From a virus (lineage: Duplodnaviria > Caudoviricetes), in IMG/VR virus record IMGVR_UViG_3300037631_002929, positions 5,283-69,282 of that record: a stretch of DNA of 64,000 bases; one strand, 5' to 3'. Each line of letters begins with the position of its first letter. Within the stretch, counting starts at the first letter, position 1. Below the pieces are notes generated by a model. It was not told the DNA's origin, made no database searches, and saw only the letters and a program-made list of their open reading frames with translations. Positions 30,980 through 39,801 of this stretch are shown here, piece by piece. Made by a program: the position numbers and the translations under genes.

Positions 30980-31068
30980 TGGAAAATCTACTTTATGGAC
31001 CAGCGATACTTGCGTTCCTAGGGTTCGTATATTTTGCTGTTATGGTGGTGGTATATTCAGATGATTGA
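30979..31068 (+). CDS. 29-aa single-TM peptide (not in ORF track)
   Basis: TAATG-coupled MENLLYGPAILAFLGFVYFAVMVVVYSDD; stop overlaps the next ATG. Confidence 0.5.
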   Translation: MENLLYGPAILAFLGFVYFAVMVVVYSDD

Positions 31069-31996
31069 GTTGACTGTATTCCACAGCATTTATGATAATA
31101 AGACTAATAAGCGTATGCGGTTTGGTGAATGGGATGAGCTCGAGGGTCTTCTCTACAAACTAGCAGAGGTCGAAACGTTTAAGCCATCAAAGGACAAGTT
31201 CCAAAAAGGTGGTGCCAAACTAATCAGTCCGGCCGCATACGAACCTGGTACGACACGTGCTAATAAGAACGTGTTACGGTGGGACTGGGCTTGTATCGAT
31301 GTTGATGAATACGATGGCTCATTTGATGATATCATTAAAAACTTCGGTGACTACTATTATATCTGTTACTCGACCGGATCATCGACTGTTATTCATCCAA
31401 AGTTCCGACTTGTGTTTCCGCTGACCCAGTCTGTTAAGGCCGATAAGATCCCACACTTCTGGCATGCAATGAACAAAGAGTTCCTTGATATCGGTGATGC
31501 TCAGACCAAAGACATGGCTCGTATGTTTTATACACCTGGTCAATATCCCGATGCCAACAACTTTATATTTACGCACAAAGGACCAATCATCGATCCTAAC
31601 GATCTTATGGCAAAGCATAAGTTCCACGAACGTTCGAGGTCTGCTAACTTCTTTGATCGACTTCCTAAAGAGTTACAAGAACAGCTTCTTGAGAAGAAGA
31701 AATCACAGTTGACCGCAAACATCTCGTGGTCTTCGTATCGCGATTGTCCCTTTGTGAATCGTAAGTTAGTTGAGGAATATAAATCTATTACGGGGTCTGG
31801 TTGGTATCATACTATGTATCGCCTTCTGTGTTCGATCGCGTCGAATGCGTTGAAGTCCAACTATCCTATCACATCAAATGAGATCGCGACACTGGCCAGG
31901 GAGTTAGATCGTGAAACCGGTAACTGGTATGCAAGCCGTCCGATAGAAGTCGAAGCAGACCGCGCATTAGAATGGGCATATAAGAATTCTCTATGA
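31061..31996 (+). CDS. AEP-superfamily (VirE-N-like) primase with PriCT-like C-terminus
   Basis: WACIDVDEY (hhhDhD); YSTGSS..PKFRLVFPL; D..RMFYTP; helical C-terminal domain. Confidence 0.6.
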   Translation: MIELTVFHSIYDNKTNKRMRFGEWDELEGLLYKLAEVETFKPSKDKFQKGGAKLISPAAYEPGTTRANKNVLRWDWACIDVDEYDGSFDDIIKNFGDYYYICYSTGSSTVIHPKFRLVFPLTQSVKADKIPHFWHAMNKEFLDIGDAQTKDMARMFYTPGQYPDANNFIFTHKGPIIDPNDLMAKHKFHERSRSANFFDRLPKELQEQLLEKKKSQLTANISWSSYRDCPFVNRKLVEEYKSITGSGWYHTMYRLLCSIASNALKSNYPITSNEIATLARELDRETGNWYASRPIEVEADRALEWAYKNSL

Positions 31997-32286
31997 CACG
32001 AGCAAGCAAAGAGTACCGTAAGCAAATGAAGAACGCCATACTCAACGAGTACATGGAATTGACCATGTGTTGGGAAGAGCGTCAGATGCTAATATCAAAG
32101 ATCAAAGATTTCAAACGTGAACACTATAACCCCAACAAAGGATACGAGTGTTACACTCCAGAGTCTTGCCTACGTCTTGCGAAAATGCAAGAGTCTCTTG
32201 AGAAGAGTGGTGAGATTATCAAGACTATGCAAAAACGTGTTTGGCAAATGGAAGCTAAATATAATGAGCTACTTGATGCAAAATAA
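31993..32286 (+). CDS. hypothetical coiled-coil protein
   Basis: ATGA-coupled 97 aa ORF. Confidence 0.55.
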   Translation: MTRASKEYRKQMKNAILNEYMELTMCWEERQMLISKIKDFKREHYNPNKGYECYTPESCLRLAKMQESLEKSGEIIKTMQKRVWQMEAKYNELLDAK

Positions 32287-32289
32287 CTG

Positions 32290-32318
32290 TGTACAAACCC
32301 TTCAATATGTGATATACT
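32290..32318 (+). promoter_or_regulatory. early-type promoter heading the DNA-modification operon
   Basis: TGTACA-N17-TATACT, then AGGA RBS. Confidence 0.75.
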
Positions 32319-32351
32319 AAATATATAACAAATTAACTTAATAGGATTATT

Positions 32352-32702
32352 ATGCGTGAATCTCTCAAAGTTCTTAAAGAATGCGCCGAGCTCCAGTCCA
32401 AAAAAGCTCAGGACTATCAGAACCCAAAATCAACCATTGTCCAAAGTGATTACTACCCTCGTGGTGTTCTTTCTATCATGGACGTTATTCATACCAAATA
32501 TGTTCGTGCTGTATCACTTGTTGAAGCTTCGGAGTATGGCGAAGAGCCAAATTTCGAATCTCTTGAGGATACTTTTAAAGATATGATTAACTATGCGTCT
32601 TTCGCAGCAGCATGGTGTCGTGGTGGTATCCCAGGTCAAACTGATGATATGGCTCTGACGTGTAACCGTCCACGAAAGGTAGATACCAATGAAAACGATT
32701 AG
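32352..32702 (+). CDS. nucleotide modification-associated domain 1 (Nmad1/DUF1599-like) protein
   Basis: KKAQDY...ESLEDTFKDMINYASF signature; directly before the dCMP hydroxymethylase. Confidence 0.65.
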   Translation: MRESLKVLKECAELQSKKAQDYQNPKSTIVQSDYYPRGVLSIMDVIHTKYVRAVSLVEASEYGEEPNFESLEDTFKDMINYASFAAAWCRGGIPGQTDDMALTCNRPRKVDTNEND

Positions 32703-33402
32703 TCAGCTACGACTCGAATTCGCGTATGACCTTGCGTGTGGTCATGCGATCGAAAACCCAACGGGTGGTCGTATGCTCGAGATGATCAATGTGTCTTTTA
32801 TTGCTGATGAGGGCTTTATCTTTGGTAAACCAAACCAAGACTATATTGACCGTGAGATCGAATGGTATTTGTCTCAATCGTTGTGTGTCGACGACATTCC
32901 TGGTAATACACCACCCATTTGGCAACGTGTGTCTGATGATAACAATATGATCAACTCGAACTATGGTTGGTGTGTATACTCAGAAGAGAACGGTAACCAA
33001 TACGATAACGTTGTACGTACACTACGTGAGACGCCTAACTCACGTCAAGCGGTCATGATCTATACACGTCCGACTATGCATACTGACTCAACCACAAACG
33101 GCCGTTATGACTTTATGTGTACCAACTCAGTTCAGTATATCTATCGTGCGGGTCAACTTCATGCAATGGTCAATATGAGATCGAATGATGCCTGGGCTGG
33201 TTATCGTAATGACATCGCATGGCAAGACTATGTCCTTGACCAACTATGCAAAGACCTCAATATGAACCGTGGCCACATCTACTGGAACGTAGGTTCGTTA
33301 CACATCTATGAGGCACAGTTCTACCTTGTTGACAATTTCTACAAGACTGGCGCAACTCACATCTTAAAGAAGGATTACAATGGCGAGTACAAAGTGGGAT
33401 AA
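32689..33402 (+). CDS. gp42: dCMP hydroxymethylase (thymidylate synthase fold)
   Basis: INSNYGW; DFMCTNSVQY; VNMRSND..GYRNDIAWQ with the dCMP-type Asp; WNVGSLHIY...FYLVD...TG.THI.KKDY; all closely match T4 gp42 as recalled. Confidence 0.85.
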   Translation: MKTISQLRLEFAYDLACGHAIENPTGGRMLEMINVSFIADEGFIFGKPNQDYIDREIEWYLSQSLCVDDIPGNTPPIWQRVSDDNNMINSNYGWCVYSEENGNQYDNVVRTLRETPNSRQAVMIYTRPTMHTDSTTNGRYDFMCTNSVQYIYRAGQLHAMVNMRSNDAWAGYRNDIAWQDYVLDQLCKDLNMNRGHIYWNVGSLHIYEAQFYLVDNFYKTGATHILKKDYNGEYKVG

Positions 33403-33844
33403 GAGGTTTCTTCGTATTGCTCGCGAAGTTTCCTCATGGTCAAAAGATCCAAGTAAAGGCATCGGCGCGGTTGCTGTGCTAGACAACCGTGTCGTGGCCA
33501 CTGGATACAATGGCTTTCCCGAATGTGTACCCGACGAGGTTGAGTGGTTAACCGACGCTGAAACTAAACGGTCTCTCATTATTCACGCAGAGATGAACCT
33601 TTTGATGGATGCCTCACGGACCAACCGCTCCCTTGTCGGGTCCACGCTTTACGTATATGGCCTTATCATTTGTCCTAACTGTATGAAGCATATGGTTGCT
33701 GCAGGTGTTAATCGTATTGTATACTCGAACTTATATGATGATCCATTCTGGAATGAGGAATGGAAGAAGAGCCTCATGATACTTTCTAAGGCCAGTAAAC
33801 TAATTGGAGTGACAGAATATGACGCAACTCAAATTGATAACTAA
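33380..33844 (+). CDS. cd: dCMP deaminase
   Basis: WSKDPS; ATGYNGFP; HAEMN; CPNC zinc motif. Confidence 0.88.
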   Translation: MASTKWDKRFLRIAREVSSWSKDPSKGIGAVAVLDNRVVATGYNGFPECVPDEVEWLTDAETKRSLIIHAEMNLLMDASRTNRSLVGSTLYVYGLIICPNCMKHMVAAGVNRIVYSNLYDDPFWNEEWKKSLMILSKASKLIGVTEYDATQIDN

Positions 33845-34805
33845 TCCGATATCAAATATACCAGTGAACAAAAAGTCACACGTCCACGGCTGGACACAAG
33901 TATGGCGTGACCAACTAAATGCCGCCATCGATCATAAGTGCTCACCGGCTGTACAAGAAGCAGACCGGCTTTATATTGACCACGGTGCTAATTATAGTGG
34001 TACCCTTAACTTATTTGGTGGTGCCAACGACGACCTATATTATAAAGTCGATCGAGTCATCAAAGCGCGTGATGTTTGGTCACTCGATCATGATATGCCA
34101 GACTGGGGTGAACAGCTGAGAGGACGCATCGGTAACAAGACGACCTCAAAGCATATCACAAACGAGTGGTGTGACAAGGTCAGTGAGTTTTGTCTGTCTG
34201 TACCGAGTCTCAAACAAGAATACCAGACACACCTACCAAACATTACGCTCGGTGACAGTCACACTATTGCCTTTGCTGATACTAACAGTATGGTCCTACG
34301 TAACGATGGTAAGACATTATTCGGTGCCCTTCGCGAGGGTATTCACAATATGTTTAGAGGACTGACGCCAAAAGGTGAGATTACACTCTCGTTTGGTTCG
34401 ATCGACATCCGACATCATATCCTACGTAAGGGTGATGACTATGACCTCGGGGCTTTGATACAACGATATGTAGATCAAGGTAAGGCCATTGAAGACCAGT
34501 ATGGATGTTCGGTGAGTTATGCCGCACCGGTTCCTGTTGAGTTCGAAGGTCGTAAGATACCAAAGACTGGCTTCTATAAAAAGACACCATTCTTCGGATC
34601 TATGGAACAGCGCCAGAAGCTCACCTCGGACTTTATAAATAAACTAGAGACAATGAGTGGTGGTAAAGTAGTGGTACCACCTCAAGAATGGTATACGATG
34701 GACCCACGACAGTATGCAGAAGCCTATATGGAACTCGGTTCCAGCTTTCACATAGCTCCTCCTTTCTATCGTAAAAACAATTGGGGTCAAATCCTTGGCG
34801 CATAA
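33819..34805 (+). CDS. two-domain protein: beta-glucosyltransferase-like N-terminus plus SGNH-like C-terminus
   Basis: LGDSH, FGSIDIRHH and a late SFH; N-terminal DRL...NLFGGAN...SLDHDMP. Confidence 0.45.
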   Translation: MTQLKLITNPISNIPVNKKSHVHGWTQVWRDQLNAAIDHKCSPAVQEADRLYIDHGANYSGTLNLFGGANDDLYYKVDRVIKARDVWSLDHDMPDWGEQLRGRIGNKTTSKHITNEWCDKVSEFCLSVPSLKQEYQTHLPNITLGDSHTIAFADTNSMVLRNDGKTLFGALREGIHNMFRGLTPKGEITLSFGSIDIRHHILRKGDDYDLGALIQRYVDQGKAIEDQYGCSVSYAAPVPVEFEGRKIPKTGFYKKTPFFGSMEQRQKLTSDFINKLETMSGGKVVVPPQEWYTMDPRQYAEAYMELGSSFHIAPPFYRKNNWGQILGA

Positions 34806-35688
34806 TAATCATATCCTCGATGGCATTAACCAAGACTTTCCATTTCAATGGTCAACTGCTCATGAGGCAAAAGAGTACTATCTTGAAATGGCAAAGGACT
34901 GGGAAGACCCATATGGGGTTCCTATTGTAAAGACCCACGAAGGTGTACGTGTTGTACGTGATGACTTAACATCAGGCTCGAAGGTACGTGGAGGTGACTG
35001 TCTCATCTCGTCACTACCTGAGGAAATAGACACTATTGTGTACGTTCAGCCACGTACGGGTCTGGCAGGGATCTCTATCCTCGATGTTGCAAAGCGGCAC
35101 AATAAAAAGACCAAACTGTTCATGCCATCGTCAAAACAGGTGTCGTTACACCAAGCTTGTTGTATCGAAGGTGGTGCAGAGGTATCATTCCACCGTATTG
35201 CGGCAATGCCAAACTTAAACAAGATTGCGTATGACTGGGCAATGGAAAATCCAAATGCATTCTTTGTACCTCTTGGCCTAAAGCACCCAATGGTTACCGC
35301 AGGCCTTGTTAAGGCTGCATCGTCGATACCGGCACCAGAAGAGGTCTACGTTGCCACTTCAACCGGTGTATTGTCACGATCATTACAAATAGCATGGCCC
35401 GACACAAAGTTCACGTCTGTGTGTGTTGCACGTAATATGAAACATGGCGAGCTCGGTAGAGCACTTCCTGTTTCTGAACCAAAGGCTTTTCAACAAGCAG
35501 AGGCTGCAGAGAATCTTCCGCCATTTCCATCTATCGCTACGTATGACGGTAAGGTATGGAAGTACATTCCGAAGAATACAGGCCGTGACATTCTAATGTG
35601 GAATGTCGGAAAGCCTCCTGTACTGACCGACCAGACTATATATGAAACCACTGACTCATATCGCGAGTGGCCCAAAAAAGATGCCTAA
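34795..35688 (+). CDS. fold-type II PLP-dependent enzyme
   Basis: VVRDDLTSGSKVRG (PLP lysine motif as in ACC deaminase/D-cysteine desulfhydrase); VATSTGVLS phosphate loop; YDGK. Start uncertain (TTG). Confidence 0.7.
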   Translation: MAHNNHILDGINQDFPFQWSTAHEAKEYYLEMAKDWEDPYGVPIVKTHEGVRVVRDDLTSGSKVRGGDCLISSLPEEIDTIVYVQPRTGLAGISILDVAKRHNKKTKLFMPSSKQVSLHQACCIEGGAEVSFHRIAAMPNLNKIAYDWAMENPNAFFVPLGLKHPMVTAGLVKAASSIPAPEEVYVATSTGVLSRSLQIAWPDTKFTSVCVARNMKHGELGRALPVSEPKAFQQAEAAENLPPFPSIATYDGKVWKYIPKNTGRDILMWNVGKPPVLTDQTIYETTDSYREWPKKDA

Positions 35689-36298
35689 GCCTTTACCAGA
35701 TGTCTATACTAACGTGGGTGACCACGTTGATCTTCTCCGTGAACACTTTGACAACATCAATGAGTTCTTACGGTCGGATGAGGCCTTTGCACTATTTCCT
35801 CCACCAAAGGTAGTTCGTCATAATGACTGGGGTGATATTGAGCAAAAGATCATTGAGAAGTATGGCCCAACGCATCGGATGTATGGTAAGTGCTTTCATA
35901 GTGCCAAGTTCGTGTACTTTTTCGGTGGCGGTAAAAAGTACTTCGATTTAAAGCTAATACGCCCGTTTGAGTTCTGTTCACTTGGGTTTAAGACTACACA
36001 CTGGTTTGTACGACACAAAACTACCCGAGAAGCCTTTGATCCGACCGGTGATCAATTTATATATCCTGGCTACGAGTATGGTAAGGACCGGCATATGATC
36101 GATCGATGGGAGACTGCTAAGAACGGCGAGTTCGGTAATCCATACTTTAAACGTGGCGGTACTCGTTTCGATGAGGTCGTACCCAATAAAGTCGTTATGG
36201 CACTCGGTGAACTATACAAATCTAAGTATGGTACCAACGGTGGTATCGATTGGTGGGTAAATGCCGAAGATATGGTGGTTGAGAAACGTGATGCCTAA
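35681..36298 (+). CDS. transglutaminase/papain-like Cys-His-Asp protein
   Basis: GKCFHSA, THWFV and FDPTGDQF in the canonical order. Confidence 0.5.
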   Translation: MPKPLPDVYTNVGDHVDLLREHFDNINEFLRSDEAFALFPPPKVVRHNDWGDIEQKIIEKYGPTHRMYGKCFHSAKFVYFFGGGKKYFDLKLIRPFEFCSLGFKTTHWFVRHKTTREAFDPTGDQFIYPGYEYGKDRHMIDRWETAKNGEFGNPYFKRGGTRFDEVVPNKVVMALGELYKSKYGTNGGIDWWVNAEDMVVEKRDA

Positions 36299-37310
36299 GT
36301 ACATTAATGATGAAGCAATCGACATCTTTGTCGACTACTATTACCCGCGGGCTAAATGGCTCCAGCTGAACTGCAGTTGGGGACCTTTAGACTATGAAGG
36401 TCCTGAAGCTAATGCTGAGGTCAACGATGAGTTGATGCAAAAGATCGACATCTATGACTCGTATACACGTAATGCCGCTGGATTCCAAAACGTATTACAA
36501 GACCTATGGTTCGGTAAAAATACGCCAAAATGGAGATGGCAAGACGACGAACGACGTAAGCTGACCTCGTCGAACGAGAGTATATCATGGAACATGGATA
36601 CATGGTTATTTGTGTTTATGTGTCACCGTATCATGGGTTCTGGTGCGTCATTCGAGACTGATCATGGGTACCGCAATAATATCGTCCAATATTGGGGTGC
36701 TCACCGCGACATCAAAGATATGTGTGAAGACATGGTTGAGACCAAAGCAAAGGGTCAAGCCATGTTTACGTCTATTGGTAACCAACCACCAGCACCGAAG
36801 AAAGGTGTATCAAACGTCGACTTCATGACTAACGAGTTACCGTCACTCGTTGAAGCATTTAGCTCATGGCTAGTCAAAGAACGTCGTGGACATAAAGAAA
36901 TCGTCGACCATCTCAATGAGTACAACGCATCTGCAGGCCATCGTAAGTTCAACTTCCAGTATGCTGCCTTTGCGATGGATTGTTCAGACTATTATCCCCA
37001 ACTAGTCGATGGAAACTCACATACATACTTAGGCAATAACGCAGTTCGTTGTATGAAGAGACTATCATCTGGCTGGAAGGCCGATGACTTTATGGATGTC
37101 CTTGTAGAACGTACTGGCGGTAAAGCTAAAGACCTTGAGGATGTGATGTGTGACTTTATTCGATTTGGCCAGAACTACGTACCACGTGGTTCAGGTACCT
37201 TCGACCATATCCCATCTACAATTAAGAACAACTCTGGTTGGGAGTCCGGATTCGAACAAAGAACCGGTAACCCACCAGTCAAAAGTCCACTTGAACAATT
37301 TATGAAATAG
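36291..37310 (+). CDS. aGPT-Pplase / amino-acid:DNA transferase-like protein
   Basis: Helical protein with FQYAAFAMDCSDY, LGNNAVRCM and C-terminal DLEDVMCDFIRF (ExxxC[DE]FxxF/Y motif); context of base-modification genes. Confidence 0.55.
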   Translation: MPKYINDEAIDIFVDYYYPRAKWLQLNCSWGPLDYEGPEANAEVNDELMQKIDIYDSYTRNAAGFQNVLQDLWFGKNTPKWRWQDDERRKLTSSNESISWNMDTWLFVFMCHRIMGSGASFETDHGYRNNIVQYWGAHRDIKDMCEDMVETKAKGQAMFTSIGNQPPAPKKGVSNVDFMTNELPSLVEAFSSWLVKERRGHKEIVDHLNEYNASAGHRKFNFQYAAFAMDCSDYYPQLVDGNSHTYLGNNAVRCMKRLSSGWKADDFMDVLVERTGGKAKDLEDVMCDFIRFGQNYVPRGSGTFDHIPSTIKNNSGWESGFEQRTGNPPVKSPLEQFMK

Positions 37311-37321
37311 GAAAGAAATAT

Positions 37322-38365
37322 ATGTCTTTACTCGACCGACTCAAGAAAAATTCAAAGGTAAAGTTTACTGATACCTTATCACAATCCAAGTTCTTTACTC
37401 AAAAAGACATGGTTCCAACGCACGTACCTATGGTTAATATTGCCCTATCGGGTAAACTAGATGGTGGTGTGACTCCAGGCCTGACTGTCCTTGCAGGACC
37501 AAGTAAACACTTTAAGACATCGTTTGCTCTTCTGATGGCTGCGGCATATCTAAAAGCAAAACCTGAAGCTGTTATGTTGTTCTACGATTCAGAGTTTGGT
37601 TCACCACAAGAATACTTCCAACAGTTTGGTATCGATACTGACCGTGTTCTTCACGTACCTATTATGAACGTAGAAGAGCTCAAGTTTGACATCATTGCAC
37701 AACTTGAAGAGATGGATCGTAGTGACGACGTTATTGTGGTCATCGACTCAGTTGGTAACCTTGCCTCGAAGAAAGAACTTGAGGATGCGAAGAACGAGAA
37801 GTCAGTTGCTGATATGTCTCGTGCCAAAGCACTCAAGGGCCTGTTCCGTATGGTCACACCATATCTGACTATGAAGAACATTCCTCTTCTTGCTATCAAC
37901 CACACATACCAAGAGATCGGCCTGTTCCCTAAGGCTGTTGTATCAGGCGGTACTGGTATCTATTACTCGGCCGACAACATCTGGATCCTTGGTCGTCAAC
38001 AAGACAAAGTCGGTACCGAGATCAAAGGTTACCACTTTGTTATCAACGTCGAGAAGTCTCGGTACGTCAAAGAGAAGTCAAAGGTACCTATCTCAGTCTC
38101 ATGGGAAGGTGGGGTCAAACAATATTCAGGTCTACTTGACGTCGCGATGGAGTCTGGTCATATTGTCAAACCGAAAAATGGTTGGTATTGCAAGGTTGAC
38201 CGTGAGACGGGTGAGGTCATTGGTTCTAACTTCCGTGAGAAGGATGCCGATGGTGCTGAGTTCTGGGATCCAATTCTACAAGACCCAGAGTTCCGTACAT
38301 TCATCGAGGATAAGTACAGTATTACACGGTCGTCACTTGTTGAGGATGAAGCCGACGAAGTGTAA
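37322..38365 (+). CDS. uvsX: RecA-like recombinase
   Basis: LAGPSKHFKT; FYDSEFG; IDSVGNLASKKE; DMSRAK; GGTGIYYSAD. Confidence 0.95.
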   Translation: MSLLDRLKKNSKVKFTDTLSQSKFFTQKDMVPTHVPMVNIALSGKLDGGVTPGLTVLAGPSKHFKTSFALLMAAAYLKAKPEAVMLFYDSEFGSPQEYFQQFGIDTDRVLHVPIMNVEELKFDIIAQLEEMDRSDDVIVVIDSVGNLASKKELEDAKNEKSVADMSRAKALKGLFRMVTPYLTMKNIPLLAINHTYQEIGLFPKAVVSGGTGIYYSADNIWILGRQQDKVGTEIKGYHFVINVEKSRYVKEKSKVPISVSWEGGVKQYSGLLDVAMESGHIVKPKNGWYCKVDRETGEVIGSNFREKDADGAEFWDPILQDPEFRTFIEDKYSITRSSLVEDEADEV

Positions 38366-38372
38366 TTAAGGG

Positions 38373-38401
38373 TGTACAAACTAGCAGAAATGTTGTACTA
38401 T
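38373..38401 (+). promoter_or_regulatory. early-type promoter upstream of gp41
   Basis: TGTACA-N17-TACTAT. Confidence 0.7.
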
Positions 38402-38430
38402 AAGAATATAACGCAATCTGAAAGCCATTG

Positions 38431-39795
38431 ATGTCAAAACTAGAAACCCTTATCCTTTCACACGTACTTCAAGATAATGACTATTGCCGTAAGGTGATTC
38501 CTCATATCAAGAAGAAGTACTTTGGCGGATCTCACCGGAGCGTATTCGGTGAGGTCGTCAACTTTGTTAGTACCTACAACAAGATTCCAGACAAAGAGAG
38601 TCTACTCATCGAGCTCGAATCTAAGAGCTTTAGTGATGATCAGTACTCACACATGTCTCGAGTTATTGATGAGGTCTTTGAGCCAGTCAATACAGAGTCA
38701 ACCGAATGGTTACTTGACAAGACTGAACGGTGGTGTCAAGACTCTGCGTGTGAGATCGCAGTGCTTGACGCTGTCAAGATCCTTAACGGTGAAGATCAAA
38801 AGCACGATCGTGGTATGATCCCTAAGCTATTCAAAGATGCCCTTGGTGTTACCTTTGATAATTCAGTCGGTCATGACTATATCGAAGATGCTGCTGACCG
38901 TTGGGAACGGTATCACACTAAGGCCGATAAGATTCCATTCTCACTTGAGACCTTCAATGAGGTTACTGACGGTGGCTACGAGACCAAGACTCTTAACATC
39001 TTCATTGCTGGTATCCACGTTGGTAAGTCTTTGATGATGGCTTCGATGGCAGCAGATGCTATCATGGCCAACAAGAAGGTCTTGTATATCTCTATGGAAA
39101 TGGCTGAAGAAAAGGTTGCCGAACGTATCGATGCTAACTTGATGAATCGTGACATCTCTGACCTTGAGAAGCTGTCTAAAGAAGAGTTCATCAACAAGGT
39201 CAAGCGCATTCAGGCCAAGACGGATGGTAACCTTATTGTCAAACAGTATCCAACTGCGGGTGCTCATGTCGGTCACTTCCGAGCTCTACTCGAAGATCTT
39301 AAAGTCAAACGTGAGTTCACTCCTGACGTTATCTTTGTCGATTATCTCAACATCTGTGCGTCAGAGCGTGTTCGTGGTGCCGCTGCTGGTCAGGGTACTT
39401 ATATCCTCGTCAAGTCTATCGCCGAAGAGCTTCGCGGTTTGGCAGTCGAGTACGAGGTGCCAGTGTGGTCAGCAACGCAGTTTACCCGTGAGGGCATGGA
39501 CTCATCCGATCCTTCTATGACTCAGACTTCAGAGTCTATCGGCTTGCCTGCTACTGTTGATCTTATGTGGGCGCTATCGCAGCCGGATCAGTTCAAAGAG
39601 AATGGCCAGTATCTGGTCAAGCAACTTAAGAACCGTTACAAGAACATGGACTATAAAGAGAAGTTCGTTATTGGTGTTGATAAACCTAAGATGCAAGTCT
39701 TCGATCTTGACGTAGAAGCACAGCTCGGTATAATGGACTCATCTGGTAGTGTACAAAAAGAATCCCAAGACTTCAAATTCGATTTCAATCAGTAG
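38431..39795 (+). CDS. gp41: replicative DnaB-like helicase
   Basis: AGIHVGKS; SMEMAEEK..ERIDAN; VDYLNIC; AEELRGLAVE; SATQ; SESIGLPATVD; QLKNRY. Confidence 0.95.
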   Translation: MSKLETLILSHVLQDNDYCRKVIPHIKKKYFGGSHRSVFGEVVNFVSTYNKIPDKESLLIELESKSFSDDQYSHMSRVIDEVFEPVNTESTEWLLDKTERWCQDSACEIAVLDAVKILNGEDQKHDRGMIPKLFKDALGVTFDNSVGHDYIEDAADRWERYHTKADKIPFSLETFNEVTDGGYETKTLNIFIAGIHVGKSLMMASMAADAIMANKKVLYISMEMAEEKVAERIDANLMNRDISDLEKLSKEEFINKVKRIQAKTDGNLIVKQYPTAGAHVGHFRALLEDLKVKREFTPDVIFVDYLNICASERVRGAAAGQGTYILVKSIAEELRGLAVEYEVPVWSATQFTREGMDSSDPSMTQTSESIGLPATVDLMWALSQPDQFKENGQYLVKQLKNRYKNMDYKEKFVIGVDKPKMQVFDLDVEAQLGIMDSSGSVQKESQDFKFDFNQ

Positions 39796-39801
39796 GTAAT
39801 T

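Noticed and set aside
32689-33402. ThyA thymidylate synthase or dUMP hydroxymethylase
   Set aside because: The RND Asp and flanking motifs match T4 gp42, and thyX is present. A dCMP hydroxylase variant cannot be excluded by eye.
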